The position numbers and the translations under genes were made by a program. Below, piece after piece: positions 1 through 13,799 of a stretch of 64,000 nt of DNA. Every line of letters starts with the position of its first letter. The first letter of the stretch is position 1. This stretch comes from Octopus vulgaris (taxonomy: Eukaryota). Location of the stretch: assembly GCA_951406725.2 (NCBI GenBank), contig OX597831.1:52638001-52702000 (forward strand), in the 5' to 3' direction. The notes below the pieces were generated by a model. It made no database searches, was not told the origin of the DNA, and saw only the letters and a program-made list of their open reading frames with translations.

Positions 1-395
1 GGGCTACCAACAAGAGCATTGAAAATAAATTAAGAGCAATACAAAGAGCCTTGGAAAGTAGAATGCTGAGGATTAACAAAATGGATAAGTGGAGAAAGAA
101 AGAGGATAAGAGTGACAACAGATTTAACGAATATTATCTGGAAAATAAAACTTTGAAATGGTCTTTCGTGGGACATGTGTTCAGAAGATGAGAGAATGGA
201 TGGAATAACAAATCGACAAAGTGGACACCACGTCCAGAAAAAATGAGGGGAAGACTAGGCAGAAAATGGAATGAAGACTTCCTTAAATTTTTCGGCATCC
301 AAGCATGGATGGAGAAAACATCAGACCGTGGTTGATGGAGAGAACATGCTGAGGTCTTCGTCCAACAGTAGGCTGGACATGTGCAAAAGATGATG
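1..395 (+). mobile_element. RTE-clade non-LTR retrotransposon, decayed 3' end of ORF
   Basis: Frameshifted translation gives QRALESRML..KWSFVGHVFRR..W..K..WTPRPEK.RGR...W...WREHAEVFVQQ, matching the RTE C-terminal pattern (WAGHVARR...W.PR...RGRP..RW). Stops are present. Confidence 0.75.
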
Positions 396-419
396 ATACA
401 AAATGAAATGAATTGCTCT

Positions 420-826
420 TTACTCTTTTACTTGTTTCAATCATTTGACTGCGGCCATGCTGGAGCACCGCCTTTAATCGAGCAACTCGACACCGGGACT
501 TATTCTTTTATAAGCCCAGTACTTATTCCATCGGTCTCTTTTGCCGAACCGCTAAGTAACGGGGACATAAACACACCAGCATCGGTTGTCAAGCAATGCT
601 AGGGGGACAAACACACTAACACAAACACACACACACATATATATGTATATATACATATATACGACGAGCTTCTTTCAGTTTCCGTCTACCAAATCCACTC
701 ACAAGGCTTTGGTCGGCCCGAGGCTATAATAGAAGACACTTGCCCAAGGTGCCACGCAGTGGGACTGAACCCGGAACCATGTGGCTGGTAAACAAGCTAC
801 TTACCACACAGCCACTCCTGCGCCTA
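420..826 (-). mobile_element. Full-length young tRNA-derived CORE-type SINE (octopus OR-like family)
   Basis: Minus strand reads GGCGCAGGAGTGGCTGTGTGGTAAG (A box)...GGTTCAGTCCC (B box)...CCTTGGGCAAGTGTCTTCT core, then an internal (TG)/(TA) tract and an AAGTAAAAG tail. Near-identical copies lie at 47685 and 50465. Confidence 0.85.
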
Positions 827-1419
827 TTGTAATTTTCAAACGAAAAATATTTGTCTTAAAATGAAATTTAAAAAAAACTGTTGTCAACATCAGGAAATAT
901 AGCATACATACATTAAAATTATAATTCAACTTTTATCAAATTTCCTGGAGCTTACACAAAATAATGAAATGAATACAAGTTTTCGATAGAAAAATGATTA
1001 TTACCTTAGAATAAAATTAAACAAGACAAATTTCTCATTTGTATAACTTCTCCCTTAATTACTGCCGTTTACTTCCTCTATCTCCTTTTCTTCCTCAGTC
1101 ATTATAATTCTTTCTCTCTCACTATGTGTGTGTAACGTTCCTTTACTCAGTGCCCGCCACCAAACCTAATATATGCACTAATACTGCACCTCTTATGCTA
1201 ACTCTCCCTCCCTCTCCCACTCACTCTCTCATTCTCTATATAATGTAAAGCATGACTGAAGAAATCAGCTCACCAACATTTATGTCAGTTACGAGCAAAA
1301 CGCACCCCCCCCTCCCGTCCAATGGACGGTGCTGAGTTGTCAAACATTTAAACCAAATTTTCTCAAAACAACTTGTCCGACCGTCCCATAGGCCTCCCCT
1401 TTGAGAAACACTGATTTAA

Positions 1420-1826
1420 CCTAAATTTGAGACACCAGCAAAAGAAGAAATAAAGATAGACTTTTCTCTATTCCAAAGAAAAACGATTTTATTCACACAA
1501 ATATGCAAAAAACTATATACTGCATTTTGTGGCATTATTTCAAGCCAGCCAGCTTTTTTTGCACAAACTGCACGTGCATTTTTCTCGCGTACGCGTAGTA
1601 TCGATCGCAACAGCTGATGTACTTGCGCGTACAAATGCACGTTCCCACGGCTTTATCGATCGCATTCTCACCTGGAATCGATCTTTGTAATTTTTTCAAG
1701 ACTTATGCACGCCCTGATACCGTCGGTATCTACATATAAAATTTGAGCGCAATCGGATGGAGGATGCCCGAGATCCTAGAAGACACACACACACACACAC
1801 ACACAGAACGGATTTTATATAATAGA
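1420..1826 (-). mobile_element. Non-autonomous Helitron-like element (5' part)
   Basis: Minus strand begins A|TCTATTATATAAAA followed by (TG)n, the same 5' architecture as the complete element at 4864-5262. The 3' end could not be resolved. Confidence 0.5.
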
Positions 1827-1846
1827 TTACTAAATGAAGATTTTTA

Positions 1847-2060
1847 AGGCGGCAAGTTAGAATTGTTAGCACGCCGGACAAAATGTTTAACAGTATTTCG
1901 TCCGTCTGTACTTCTGAGTTCAATTTCCGCCGAGGTCGACTTTGCCTTTTGTCCATTCGGGTCGACAAAATAAGCAGCAGTTGGACACTGGGATTGATAT
2001 AATCGGCTTACCGCCTCCCCCGAAATTGCTGGTTTTGTTCCAAAATATGAAACCATTATT
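1847..2060 (+). mobile_element. tRNA-derived SINE, second family
   Basis: AGGCGGC...GAATTGTTAGCACGCCGGACAAAATG...TTCTGAGTTCAATTTCCGCCGAGGTCGACTTTGCC with an (ATT) tail. Homologues lie at 5525, 58937 and 63425. Confidence 0.8.
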
Positions 2061-2879
2061 ACATTTTACAAATGTTCAGGCGTTGTGCCTATAGTAGAAA
2101 GGATTATTATACAAAGATTTAGTGTAAAGTCAGGGCTCGGTAACAATCGAACGACAACCCCTAAATGGGCCTTTGAGGTGTGGGTCCTCAGTGGGTTTCG
2201 AACTTTTTCTAAAAAATGTGTTCCATTGATTGTGTGTGCGTGTGTGTTACAATTTGTTTAATTTTTGCCACGATAAACATTACCAGTGATAATCAAAGGC
2301 GTGCCTTCAGTGAGCATTTCATCTGTTTTATTTCTTCTTTTTTTTAAACAGTGGAAATACAGTGTCATATTCTCAATAACTAGAAAGCTGGTTAATCTCC
2401 TGTCTGATGAGATCAAGAGCTTACGACAGACCTAAGTCTACACAGACAGACCTATTCGCTATTAATTCAATTAAAAGCAGGAGTGTAAAATAGGACAGAT
2501 GATGCTGTAGCTGGGACGAGGGCCCAGATCAGTGTTTCTAAACCAGTTTTTCACATGCCCAACTTCGATTTTCACACATAAAAAACTGTACCCCCACCAT
2601 GAATCGGGCAAAGTATACAGCATATATGTATGAGAGCGCGCGTGAATTCGTTTCTGTGCTATCTCTTACAACCCTTCATCATATAAACTCTTTATTGACT
2701 TTGTATTCTCTAGTAACATAGCTATATGGGACGATAGGGACGGTCCGCCACGGGCAACACTTTTGGTTGGGGTAGTGACATTTTGGGGTCTGCTGTATAA
2801 GCTGTATAGAGGTGGGTAGCAAGGAAGGCAAATTCAAGGGCTGTCCCAGGCAGCACTCACTCTAGCTGCGATACTGGTA

Positions 2880-3720
2880 TTCTCCTTTCTCAGGTCAGGT
2901 CCGCGATGTCATTAATACCAGTTGGAACTATTTCTTCGTAAAATTCCAAGACGTCTACATGCTTTTGGTTATAGGGTCGCAATTTATCCCAAACTCTGTT
3001 CATGCAGCTCTCAGGGATTTCATTCCAACCTGCTTTGATATTTCACAGCATGGTAGTTCCTGTTATTTCATTTACCTTGGCCATCTGTTTCTTTAACAAA
3101 CTGTTTAAAATTGCAATGAAAGTAGAAGGCCATGATATTAGACATTACACTCTGATTCCTGCGTTGGTGCAGAAAGCGGTGGTTCATGGTTGGTAGATTG
3201 CTTCGAAAAAAAAAATACAAGTCCTAAGAATATAGTAATTATAATGCTGACCTGGAACATTGTCAGTCACCAAAACTGCCATACGTTTAAGATTATGTTC
3301 TTCGCAATATCGTTTCACTGCTGGACAAAAGTACGAGCCAATATGTTGTCATTTTTTATTGTCACTTAGGACATTTTACTTAATTTCCAGATGACAAGTA
3401 ACAGCATTTTTGATGTTCCTTTCATCGGTTGTGTTGTTTCTGAATAATAGACAATCATTGACTTCAGTTCGAAGTCTTTCGAAGTATTATCATCAAGTAG
3501 CAGTGCTAAAAAAAGATACTTTTGGTCTTCTCGGTATATGGAAATATGGGATTGCTTTTCCAGAGAAGACCTATTTCATCTACATTGAATACAAGTTGGG
3601 AAGGGCATTTTTCACACTTGATGATACTCTTCAAGTTAGCTGTGATGTCATACTAATTCACGTTATGTCCGTTACCAGCAGGTTCGTCATCCCTGTAAGG
3701 TCCTATGTTGGATTTAGCTC
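2880..3720 (-). mobile_element. Tigger/pogo (DDE_1) transposase remnant
   Basis: Minus-strand fragments LVFNVDEIGLLWK, FCPAVKRYCEEHNLKRMAVLVTDNVPG and NIKAGWNEIPESCMNRVWDKLRP match Tigger motifs (VFNVDETGLFWK; LLILDNAPGH; AW.EV..STLN.CW.KL). A ~95 bp homologous piece recurs at 6928-7020. Confidence 0.8.
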
Positions 3721-3899
3721 TACTTGTTTGTTTTGTTTTTGTTTTGTTCTTTCTGAGGTATTCTTTTTTTTTATGTACGATGTATAATCCTAAATCTCTA
3801 TTCGTAGTTACTCATGAATACCAGGACAAGAGCAACAAACAAGGCTATAGAGGTGCCTGACATGCCGTAACATGAATGGTCATGGGATGGAGTCAGAAA

Positions 3900-4480
3900 G
3901 ATACTATTACAGTACTTTTAAGGAATTTGGATAAAAATTACAAATCTGAAGGCAGTATATTTCCTAGAAGCAATACAAAATCTGAACATTGTCAATCACT
4001 ATCTCTACTATCACAAATCTTTAAATCCAATTAAAAGAATCTTGGAACAACACAAACAAACCACCCCCAAAAAGCTGCAGAAAGGCAACTAGGTGTTTTT
4101 CATTGGAAAATGTTAGACAAAAGTAATGATATACAGAGCATACGTAGAACTAATAACTTGTGCAGTAAAAACTTACCATGGGTCAACCGAGAATAATTTA
4201 AAGCTAAATACGCACAACACGCGAATTCCTTTAAATAAAGAATTAGGAGTAATGTTACAGCCCTTTCAAAATATATTTAGTTCTTAAAAGAGAGGAAACG
4301 GGAAAGCAACTCTAGCATAAAATGAAATATTGTAGCAAAGGCAAAATAATTCAACTGCTGCAGTAGTCACTATCAACTATGTGCAAGATTTTGACTCTGT
4401 ACGGCTACATCATGAACCAGAAGGAAGAAAACATTTTGCTCACATCGTCCTGCAAAGAAATACAAGCTTTAAGCCTTTAA
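3900..4480 (+). mobile_element. Penelope-like element, GIY-YIG endonuclease remnant
   Basis: Broken frames give GKC..KVMIYRAYV...KTYHGSTENN...SFK...TALSKYI..LKE....I..NIVAKAK...C..C, typical of the Penelope GIY-YIG domain. Confidence 0.7.
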
Positions 4481-4863
4481 ATTTATTTTTGTACCATTGG
4501 ATTTAGGACAGCAAACTGGCTGAACGTTCAGCTAACTCATGGGATGACAAGAAATCAGTCACGTAAAATCATACTGAGATTTAAACAAAATTTTGTTCCC
4601 CAAATAACAAGTCAAATAAAATCATCTAAACTAAAATGTGTTCTTACGTGCACGATATGACACAAAGGGTAGCAACTCACCGAGAACACTAAGCTAAAAT
4701 TTAATCCAGACATTGAATTTTGCCTGACATCAAGTCGGGCACAGTAGTCTCCCCTTAAGAATCTTCTCTTTGTCAGAAATTACTGCCACTCACGTGCTCT
4801 TTCTTAGCCAAGATTAAAGTCAGATATCATTGAATATTCTCTCAATCAGTATTTTATGATAAA

Positions 4864-5262
4864 CTAGCAGTATCTCCCGGCGTTGCTCGGGTTTGTAAGG
4901 GAAATAACTATATAAGCGTTTTTAGAGAGCTATAGCCAAAATATAGCAAAAAAAGGCATTCAAAATGGAAAAAAAATTATGGTAAATTTTTTTTTAAATC
5001 GTTGACTCATCGTAGACATTTTTAGAGAGTTGCTTCCCTTATATAATAGCGAAAAAATGCATTAAAATGGAAAAAAAATTATGGTAAATTTTTTTTTAAA
5101 TCGTACACTCATCGTAGACGCGCACTAATACCCAGAAGGGCTCGATATAAATCACGACTATAAGATACCCGCTTTTGGTTAAACTGCACCGCAAAATGTG
5201 GGAGTAGTTAGGAATCTAAATCGTAGGAGACAGACACACAACTTCACTTTTATATATAAAGA
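4864..5262 (-). mobile_element. Complete non-autonomous Helitron
   Basis: Minus strand has a 5' TC (A|TCTTTATATATAAAA), a subterminal hairpin CCCGAGCAACGCCGGG and a 3' CTAG|T, so it is inserted in an AT dinucleotide. It carries an internal ~100 bp tandem duplication. Confidence 0.8.
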
Positions 5263-5524
5263 TAACTCGTTGGTGACTTGAATCTTATTGAAACTGAATC
5301 AGTGATTTAAAATATTTAGGAGTAGAGACTTACATGTTCTTCAAGGTTCTAATCTAGAATTACACAGTGTAACACGATTTTTGTCCTTGGGTAGCAACTG
5401 TTATTTCTTATTTGCTTACTCCTAGAAATTATGAAAAATGGGTAATATTTCCTTCAAACTTTGCTTAAGTTACATTTATTCAAACCCCTAAGAATCCCTC
5501 TCAACACATCGCTATAATTTAATT

Positions 5525-5752
5525 CTTTATTGCCCACAAGGGGCTAAATATAGAGGAGACAAACAAGGACACACAAAGGGACTAAATCCATTACAGCGAT
5601 CCCAGTGCATAAATGGTACTTATTTAATCGACCCCGAAAGGATGAAAGGCAAAAATTCGACCTCGGCAGAATTAGAACTCAGAACATAGCAGCAGACAAA
5701 ATACCGCTAAGCATTCCGCCTGACGTGCTAACGATTCTGCCAGCTCGCCACC
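5525..5752 (-). mobile_element. tRNA-derived SINE, second family, flanked by CTATAAT direct repeats (probable TSD)
   Basis: Reverse complement of the 1847 family. CTATAAT occurs at about 5512 and 5757. Confidence 0.75.
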
Positions 5753-6310
5753 TTCACTATAATGCTCCCCCACTACTGCTCATGATCAGAGATGCACATG
5801 TTGTCAATAAATTAAGGGACATGCTCAAGTGATTATGGCCAAGCAACTGACAAGCAGATCTGTGGTACTGAGCAGAAAATTTGAATATGTCAAAAATGTA
5901 ATGGAAAATAGGTCAGTTTCAAAACATTGATGACCAGGCCAAAGAAGCAAAGTTTGAAGGGAATAGTAGTCATTTTATTAGATTTCTAGATAGAAGCAAA
6001 TAGGAAATAATACTTACTGACCAAAGACAAGAAGAAATTTGTTACACAGTGTTGTATAAGGGAGAAATGAAAATATTTGCTTACATAGAATAATCATTTT
6101 GATCTCTAAGAAATTACTTAGTACCCAAATACCTTATTCTTTCATTCACATATGCATTCGTGCATAAAACTATAAACCATTAAAGATGCTATAAGAAGTA
6201 GATAAAGGCATACATATGTAAACACAGACATAAGTAACAACAAGCAGCACCACATATGCACAAACAAACACACACATGCACATGCTCACATATGCATGCA
6301 TGCAAACATG

Positions 6311-6379
<69 letters not shown>

Positions 6380-6382
<3 letters not shown>

Positions 6383-6770
6383 CTTTTACTTGCTTCAAGT
6401 ATTTGACTGCAGCCATGCTGGAGCACTGCCTTTAGTCAAATAAATCAACCCCAGGACTTATTCTTTGTAATCCTAGTACTTTTGTCCTGGTTTCTTTAGG
6501 GATGTAAACGCACCAACATCGGTTGTTAAGTGATAGGGGAGGACAAACATAGACAAACAAATACATACATACATACATACATATATATATATATGTGTGT
6601 ATGTGACAGTCTCCTTCCAATTTCCACCTACCATATCCACTCACAAAGCTTTGGTCAGATCAAGGCTATAGTAGAACACACTTGCCCAAAGTTCCACACA
6701 GTGGTACTGAACCTGGAACCATTTGGTTGGGAAGCAAGCTTCTTACCACACAGCCACTTTTGCACCTATA
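6380..6770 (-). mobile_element. CORE-type SINE (OR-like), diverged copy
   Basis: Colinear with the copy at 420-826. Confidence 0.8.
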
Positions 6771-7049
6771 ATGGTGAGATACTATGGATATATTTTCTCG
6801 GTAAACTTTCCTTACCATGAGTTTTCTTCACTGTGAAGTGAATTGATGGGGGTGAACTTACCTGTAATCTATGCATACATCTTATATACTTACATAAACA
6901 TGTATGCACATGGATATACATAAGACTAACCTGAACATTGTTAGTCACCAAAACTCCTTTACATTTAAGATTATGTTCACAATATTGTTTCACTGCTGGA
7001 TAAAAGTACGAGCAAATATGATGGACAGATGGACAGTAAATAGCTGTAT

Positions 7050-7050
7050 G

Positions 7051-7148
<98 letters not shown>

Positions 7149-7161
7149 GATAGAGAGAGAG

Positions 7162-7228
<67 letters not shown>

Positions 7229-7357
7229 CAGATTTAGAAGATGGATGGATGGATGGATGGATGGATGGATGGATGGGTGGATGGATGGATGGATTGGTGG
7301 ATGGATGGATGGGTGGATGGATGGATGGACGGATAGATGGAGAGAGAGAGAGAGAGA
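7050..7357. repeat. (GATA)n/(GGAT)n/(GA)n compound microsatellite
   Basis: Directly visible. Confidence 0.95.
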
Positions 7358-7559
7358 TGTTCATTAATAACTCACATTTTTATTGCACGCTTGAGAAAAC
7401 GGTGAACTATTTTTTTTTTTATGTAACTTTATACATTTTCACAGAAATCTGAAAACTAAAAACTCCATAGCTCGTTTTTAAATAAAAATCGTTAGTTTTC
7501 ATAACAGGAAAATAATAAAAATTTAATTAGCTATTTGCAAATTTATAAGGTTCTTTTTT

Positions 7560-7578
7560 ATTATTATATTATTACTAC

Positions 7579-7642
<64 letters not shown>

Positions 7643-7771
7643 TCAAAATTTGATTTTTAATTTTTATTTCTATTTTTTAATATTCTATTATAACTTTACC
7701 GTTGCTTTTGCAAATATATTTTTACTTGAAAATCAACGAACTGACACACGTAAATAACAAAAAATACATAA

Positions 7772-7849
<78 letters not shown>

Positions 7850-7875
7850 GTAATAATAATAATAATAATAATAAT
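7560..7875. repeat. (ATT)n and (AAT)n tracts in inverted orientation
   Basis: (ATT)n at 7560-7641 and (AAT)n at 7771-7875. Confidence 0.9.
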
Positions 7876-8232
7876 GATGATGATAAGGATAACAATAATG
7901 ATCGAATCCATTGAACTTTGGGATTCATTCTTCACTAGTGCAGAAGGCAATATTTTAAGGGAAGGGCCTTATTAAGTTCGATATTCTTAATTAATAGTTA
8001 GCTTGAAGGGAAGCTGAAAGATGAATGGGGTGTTGGTGTGGTTTGGGAGTTGGTGTTGGGTGTGGTGTGATACTATTTGGTGTTTTGTGGAGTGAGGCAC
8101 ATTGCTCAAGTAGAATATTCAAGAACTAGAAATGTGCATAGAAAGGTATAATTTGCATGATTGTTATGGTTATTCATTTTTTTTTCTTTTTTTGTCATTG
8201 TTGCTGTTGTTGATTTTGTTTTATGTTCTCTT

Positions 8233-8263
<31 letters not shown>

Positions 8264-8313
8264 TTGCTGTTGCTGTTGTTGTTGTTGTTGTTGTTGTCGT
8301 CGTCGTCGTCGTC

Positions 8314-8344
<31 letters not shown>

Positions 8345-8799
8345 CTTTTTGTTGGTGTTACTCTCCTTGTTTCTGTTGCTGTTGTGTGTCATGTTGTTGT
8401 TGTTGTTGTTTTTTACTGTATGGTGCCAGGTCAGTCCTAATTGATCAGACCTATGACCAAAGCTATTCCAGCTGTGACTATATTGTCCTTATTTTCTTCT
8501 CCAATTAGTAAAAACAAAATTATCTGTTTTAGATCATGAAATCAAGAGTTCATTAGTACAGTCATTGAATTGCAAAATTCACAAGCAGAATATATAGGAG
8601 TGGTGTGGAACTATACAAGGAGAGAGTCCCACATAAAATGGGGGGTCGTGCTTTGTTATTGTGCAGAGTATGGAGACAGAGGATGGAGACAATTCCATAT
8701 AGAATATGTCACAATGTTGTTGCTGTACTGTGAAGGTCTCCCACAGAATATGTCACTGTGTTAAAGTGTTGATTTCTATTGTTTTTTAACTGGTACTCA

Positions 8800-9097
8800 G
8801 TTGGTTACAAGGGTTCCAGTTCATCCAATCAACTGGACAGCTTGCCCATGAAATTAACATGCACTCCACAGACACATGTAGCTTTAACGTAGTTCTGAGG
8901 GAGATCCAGCATGACACAGAATGTGACAATGATGGCCCATTGAAAATACAGGTACTACTCATTTTTGCCAGCTATGTGGAGTGGGACAACATGAAATAAT
9001 GTGTCTTGCCCAAGGACAGAATGCACTGCTGGAAATTGAACTCGTGACCTTACAATCGTGAGCCGAATACTCAAACCACTAAGCCACACACCTTCAC
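8800..9097 (-). mobile_element. tRNA-derived SINE, third family (GTGAAGG.G..TGGCTTAGTGGTT head)
   Basis: Homologous to copies at 39615, 43730, 50110 and 63700. Confidence 0.75.
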
Positions 9098-9959
9098 TAC
9101 TGATTTGAAAAGGTCACATGTAATACAAGTAGCTATCTTAATTTTACATTAGCCCTTCATTCCCTGTGTAGCATAGGCCATCAACAGCCATCAACTGCTT
9201 TCCTCCACTATTCGCAACTCTGGGCTGTCTTTTCTGCTCCTTTTAGTTGGGTCCTTAGTTTCTCAGCTCTGTGTCACAGTATCTCACCTCCAGGAGTCAT
9301 CTCTTCTGCCTCCATTGCAGGTTCCAGGTCAGAGCCTGATGTTTAATGCAGTATGTTGGTTTTGCTGCATAACAGCCCATGCCTGTTACACTGGACAGCA
9401 CTTCCCCCTCACTACTCAATGGTGCACCTTCAAATTTACAGTGATACACCTAATTTGAAACTCCACTTTAGCACTAATACAAATTAGTGCCCATTAGGAT
9501 ATTCTCAAGTACCCCCAGGCATCTAAGTCTGGCAAATGGGCCTGCCACTACATATGTTTCCCTAAGGGAAGTTCTTCTTCTCCCAGGTCTCGCTGATTTT
9601 GAATAACTATTATGGGAGAATCCTGGACACCCCCACATGACTGAAGGTAGACTAACCCATTACAATAAATAAGAACTGAGTGAACTGTCAGGGAGAGTAT
9701 TTGACAAGTGTTAGTTTGACCATGTTGGTTAACCGCATTAATTCAACATCTACTGGTTTAACAGTCGGTAGTTGAACAGTGAATACTGAGTATCAAACCT
9801 ATGATCAAGTAGTACAAAATGTGTTCTGTGTTAACATATATTTCTGCGATAGATTATTTTTAGATAACCACAACCGACTATTTATTTGTGTAATACCATT
9901 TTGCACCAGACGTGTATACTCAAACTATAATTACCATCGACGCTTATTCCTTTATTCTT

Positions 9960-10806
9960 TTATTCTTTTGTTTCAGTCATTTGACTGCGGCCATACTGGA
10001 GCACTGCCTTGACGTGCTGTTAGTTGAACAAATTGACCCCTGGACTTATTTTTTAAGCCTAGTGCTTATTCAATTGTGAAGGTACATGGCCTAGTCGTTG
10101 GGCTGTTGCACTCTCAATCATTAGATCATGGCTTCTGTTCCCTGACTGGGCAGTGTGTTGTGTTCTTGAACAAAACACTTCAATTCATATTGCTCCATTA
10201 CTCTTTTTGATCAGTGGGGATTGTTGGCCTGCTCACCCAGCCAGTGGGGTGGCATCATTTGAAGGCTAAAACAATGCAAAAGCACATTGTGACCAACGAT
10301 GTATAACAACATCTGATAGCCTGGTCAGTCATATGATCACTTATTCTAGCAGCATCTTTTGCTGAACCTCTAGGTTACAGGGATGTAAACACAGCAACAT
10401 CAGTATCAAGTGGTGACAGGGGACAAACACAGACACATTGAGGAAATGACAAGGGACCAAGAGATGTGGTAATTTGCTTTATCAGATAAAACACATCAAG
10501 CTAAGTAAAATCGCTGTCTTCCACACATATAGTCATGTCCTTTCAGGTGCTAGTGCCACTTAAAAAGCACCCATGCCATTGCTGCATTAACACACCCATG
10601 CCAGTGCTCCATAGACACACGTGTGTTGGTGGCACATTAAAAGAACCCAGCACACTCTGTTAAGTAGCTGGCATTAGGAAGGGCATCCAGCCACAGAAAC
10701 TATGCCACAACAGATAATGGGAGTCTGGGCAGCTCCCTGCTAGCTAGCTCCATGTCAAATCGCTCACCCATGCCAGCATGGAAAGCAAACATTAAATGAT
10801 GATGAT
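9960..10806. mobile_element. Nested cluster of SINE fragments from three families
   Basis: An OR-like tail interrupted by a third-family head at 10078, followed by an element with an RTE-type tail (CCCATGCCAGCATGGAAAG...(GAT)n). Confidence 0.7.
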
Positions 10807-11207
10807 GTGTTGTCCTATTGTTACAACCAAGAGGTTTACAAGTTCACTTCAAAATCAAGAGATTCAGAGTTCAATATCAAAACATGATATCATAAATGTC
10901 ATTTGGCATTGACCCAAGCCTTGAGACTGCCACTTGATACATGAAAACTATAAAAGCTGGATGGGTAGCACATGTGATTTGAGGCCCAGCTTTACTTCAC
11001 ATTGTGATATGCTGATTTAGCATGAAAATGATGTTAAGAGTACATATGTCTCTGAAATACTCAGCCACTTGTGTGTTAACTGAAAAAGTAGGTTGTCTCA
11101 TTTGTCTGTGTGTGTGTATAAATCATTTAAAAGTTCATATGTCAGTAAAAAGATGTACTCATATATCTGTCAAAAGAGTGGGTATATTATCCAAAGTGTA
11201 CAGTATT

Positions 11208-11434
11208 ATATATCCATCGCAGCTGATCTTACCAATTGGTTTTGCACTAGGGGTACAATAGAGTGTTAGGTAACAATCCAATAATATAACCCAACACTCA
11301 TCAGAGGTAGCCAATATTTCATTCTTTATTGACTACCTCCGATGAGCATAAGGCTATATAACCAGATTGTTACCTAACATTCCATTGTATCCCTAGTACA
11401 AAAACGATTAGTCAGAGCAGCGGCAATGAATATA
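11208..11434. mobile_element. Palindromic (foldback) MITE-like element
   Basis: ~105 bp inverted arms, e.g. TTTTGCACTAGGGGTACAATAGAGTGTTAGGTAACAATC versus GATTGTTACCTAACATTCCATTGTATCCCTAGTACAAAA, around a ~10 nt spacer and flanked by TA. Confidence 0.75.
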
Positions 11435-12072
11435 TAATACTGTATGCTTCAGATAATATATATATATATATATTATCTGAAGGACTAAACAGAAAGAATA
11501 CAACAAGGAGAAAAAAAGTTAGACAAAGGTAGAGCAAACGCATAAGTAAACGAAAACTTGACAGTTGGGAAATCTTGGCAAAGACATGATACACGGAATA
11601 TCCACAGCCGATTTTTCCTTATCAGTCATGACCCAAAATATCACTGTGGCTTTGCACCAATTATCATTGACACCACTCAATTTTGGAGGTGCCAATGCTC
11701 TTAATCTTTTGGGAAAAGCTTAGCAAATGTATACTAAGACAGAAACAAACAAGACATATAAATACAACAGACAAAGAATTATACATATATAACAGCATGA
11801 AGGCTTTCAGCTGTATACAGCAGAGGAAAAAGAATAATAAGACATATACTACAAATACAGCAGAAAGAGCTTTGCAGCTATCGAACGAACTTAGTGGGGT
11901 GGTACAAAGATGAAATGGGTAAGGTCCTAGAGAACATAGTAGGAGCCCAGACCAACATGACCAGTTCAGTTAAAGGCAGAATGAAAAAGAAATATATATA
12001 TACATAAATATATATATATATATAACATATACATATATATATGTATGTATATATACAGATATACATGCACAC

Positions 12073-12207
<135 letters not shown>

Positions 12208-12244
12208 TATATACATACATACACATATATAGACACACACACAG

Positions 12245-13000
12245 ATCAAAATTCCCTAAAACAGAAAAATAACATTCAGCCAACATATAGACATTTGCGC
12301 CAATAACAAAAATCCGAGCTTCAGAATTTTTCCCCTCTACCAATTGAGAGACGATACAACCTGTAGCCAACGAATTAGTAAAGAGACTCTCTTTATTGCA
12401 AAATACAGACCCCTTTTGAACACATCTACGACAAATGACATATCCACCACAACCTTAGAATAACACAAACACACACACAAATATTAAAAATGATACACTC
12501 AAGAGATTCCCAAGAATTCATTAAAAAACAGTCTCAATCACTGCTATAATCCATAACGAGCCACTTTTAGGTTACTTGACCATTTAACAACTTATTACTA
12601 TTATACTGCCTACATTCCTTCTTATTCTCCCTTCTCTTTATTCTTCTTCTTCTTCTTCTTCTTCTTCTTCTTCTTCTTCTTCTTCTTTTTTCGTCTTCTT
12701 TTTCTTCTTCTTCTTTGTCTTCTTCCTCTCCGCCAGCTCCTTCCTAACTTTACCACTATTGCTGTTTAGAATAACACCTGCACAAATTTTATAAACGAAA
12801 CATTCAAAAAGAGCTGTTTCAGGAATTCAATCACTACTACCATCCACAACTGGTCACTTTCAGGGCACTTGACCATTTAACATACTATTATCATGGCACT
12901 CCCGCATTCTTCTTCTTCTTCTTCTTCTTCTCCACATCCTCCTCCCCTTCTTTTTCTTTTTCGTCTGCTTCTTCTTCTTCCTCCCTACCAAGAATTCACA
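12245..13000 (+). mobile_element. Penelope-like 3' end (GIY-YIG C-terminus) plus duplicated downstream region
   Basis: [11 protein letters not shown] and [37 protein letters not shown] resemble the Penelope endonuclease C-terminus. Two diverged ~300 bp direct repeats follow (starting about 12455 and 12766). Confidence 0.65.
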
Positions 13001-13271
13001 ATGACCTCAAACCCATAAGAGTAAACAAGAGAGACAGAAACAGGCAGAAACAAGGAAAACGCCACTTGTATTTGAACCCTATGCAAATATTCTTTTAAAA
13101 AACTTTTCTTTTAATTTTTCCAAAATTTGTTTTCCATACTTACAGTTGAAAAAATCTCAATGACTGAAACCAGTACTGAAATGTTTTTTATAAAATTATT
13201 TTAGCATTTTCTACCTTGACTTTTTTTTCCAAATATATCAACTCGTGTTTTCCTTTTCAACCTTCTACATA

Positions 13272-13312
<41 letters not shown>

Positions 13313-13334
13313 TGCCTATATGTCTGTGCACACC

Positions 13335-13515
13335 TTTGAATGCAATGTATGCCAGATATTTGCAAATCTAAAGGAGACCTCAAAAGACATTTTAAGATCC
13401 ACAAAGATTAGAACTTATCTGCAGCTCTTGGTGGTCCAAATCAGATATGCAATCTATGTGGGTGTCTTTTCAGAACATTGTCTGGTTTAAAAAGCCAACC
13501 CAAATCATATGCCAT
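13335..13515 (+). mobile_element. Decayed double C2H2 zinc-finger fragment, probably a LINE (RTE) C-terminus
   Basis: FECNVCQ..CKSKGDLKRHFKIHKD...[18 protein letters not shown], with a frameshift, a stop and no splice signals. Confidence 0.5.
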
Positions 13516-13589
13516 GATGGTTCTAATGTGTAGGTACAGGAGGTGGTCAAACTCTGCATAAGGAGTAGACAACCACAATATATATACAT

Positions 13590-13735
<146 letters not shown>

Positions 13736-13765
13736 TTATATATGTATGTATACATATATATATAG

Positions 13766-13799
<34 letters not shown>

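Noticed and set aside
1250-1305. CTGAAGA...GCTC/GAGC AAAAC hammerhead-like words
   Set aside because: Too degenerate; stems I and III could not be recovered.
3647-3653. GTCATAC outside the array
   Set aside because: It lies inside the Tigger remnant, with a different loop geometry and a weak stem.
13335-13515. C2H2 zinc-finger host gene exon
   Set aside because: It has a frameshift and stop, lacks TGEKP linkers and splice sites, and is better explained as a LINE end.
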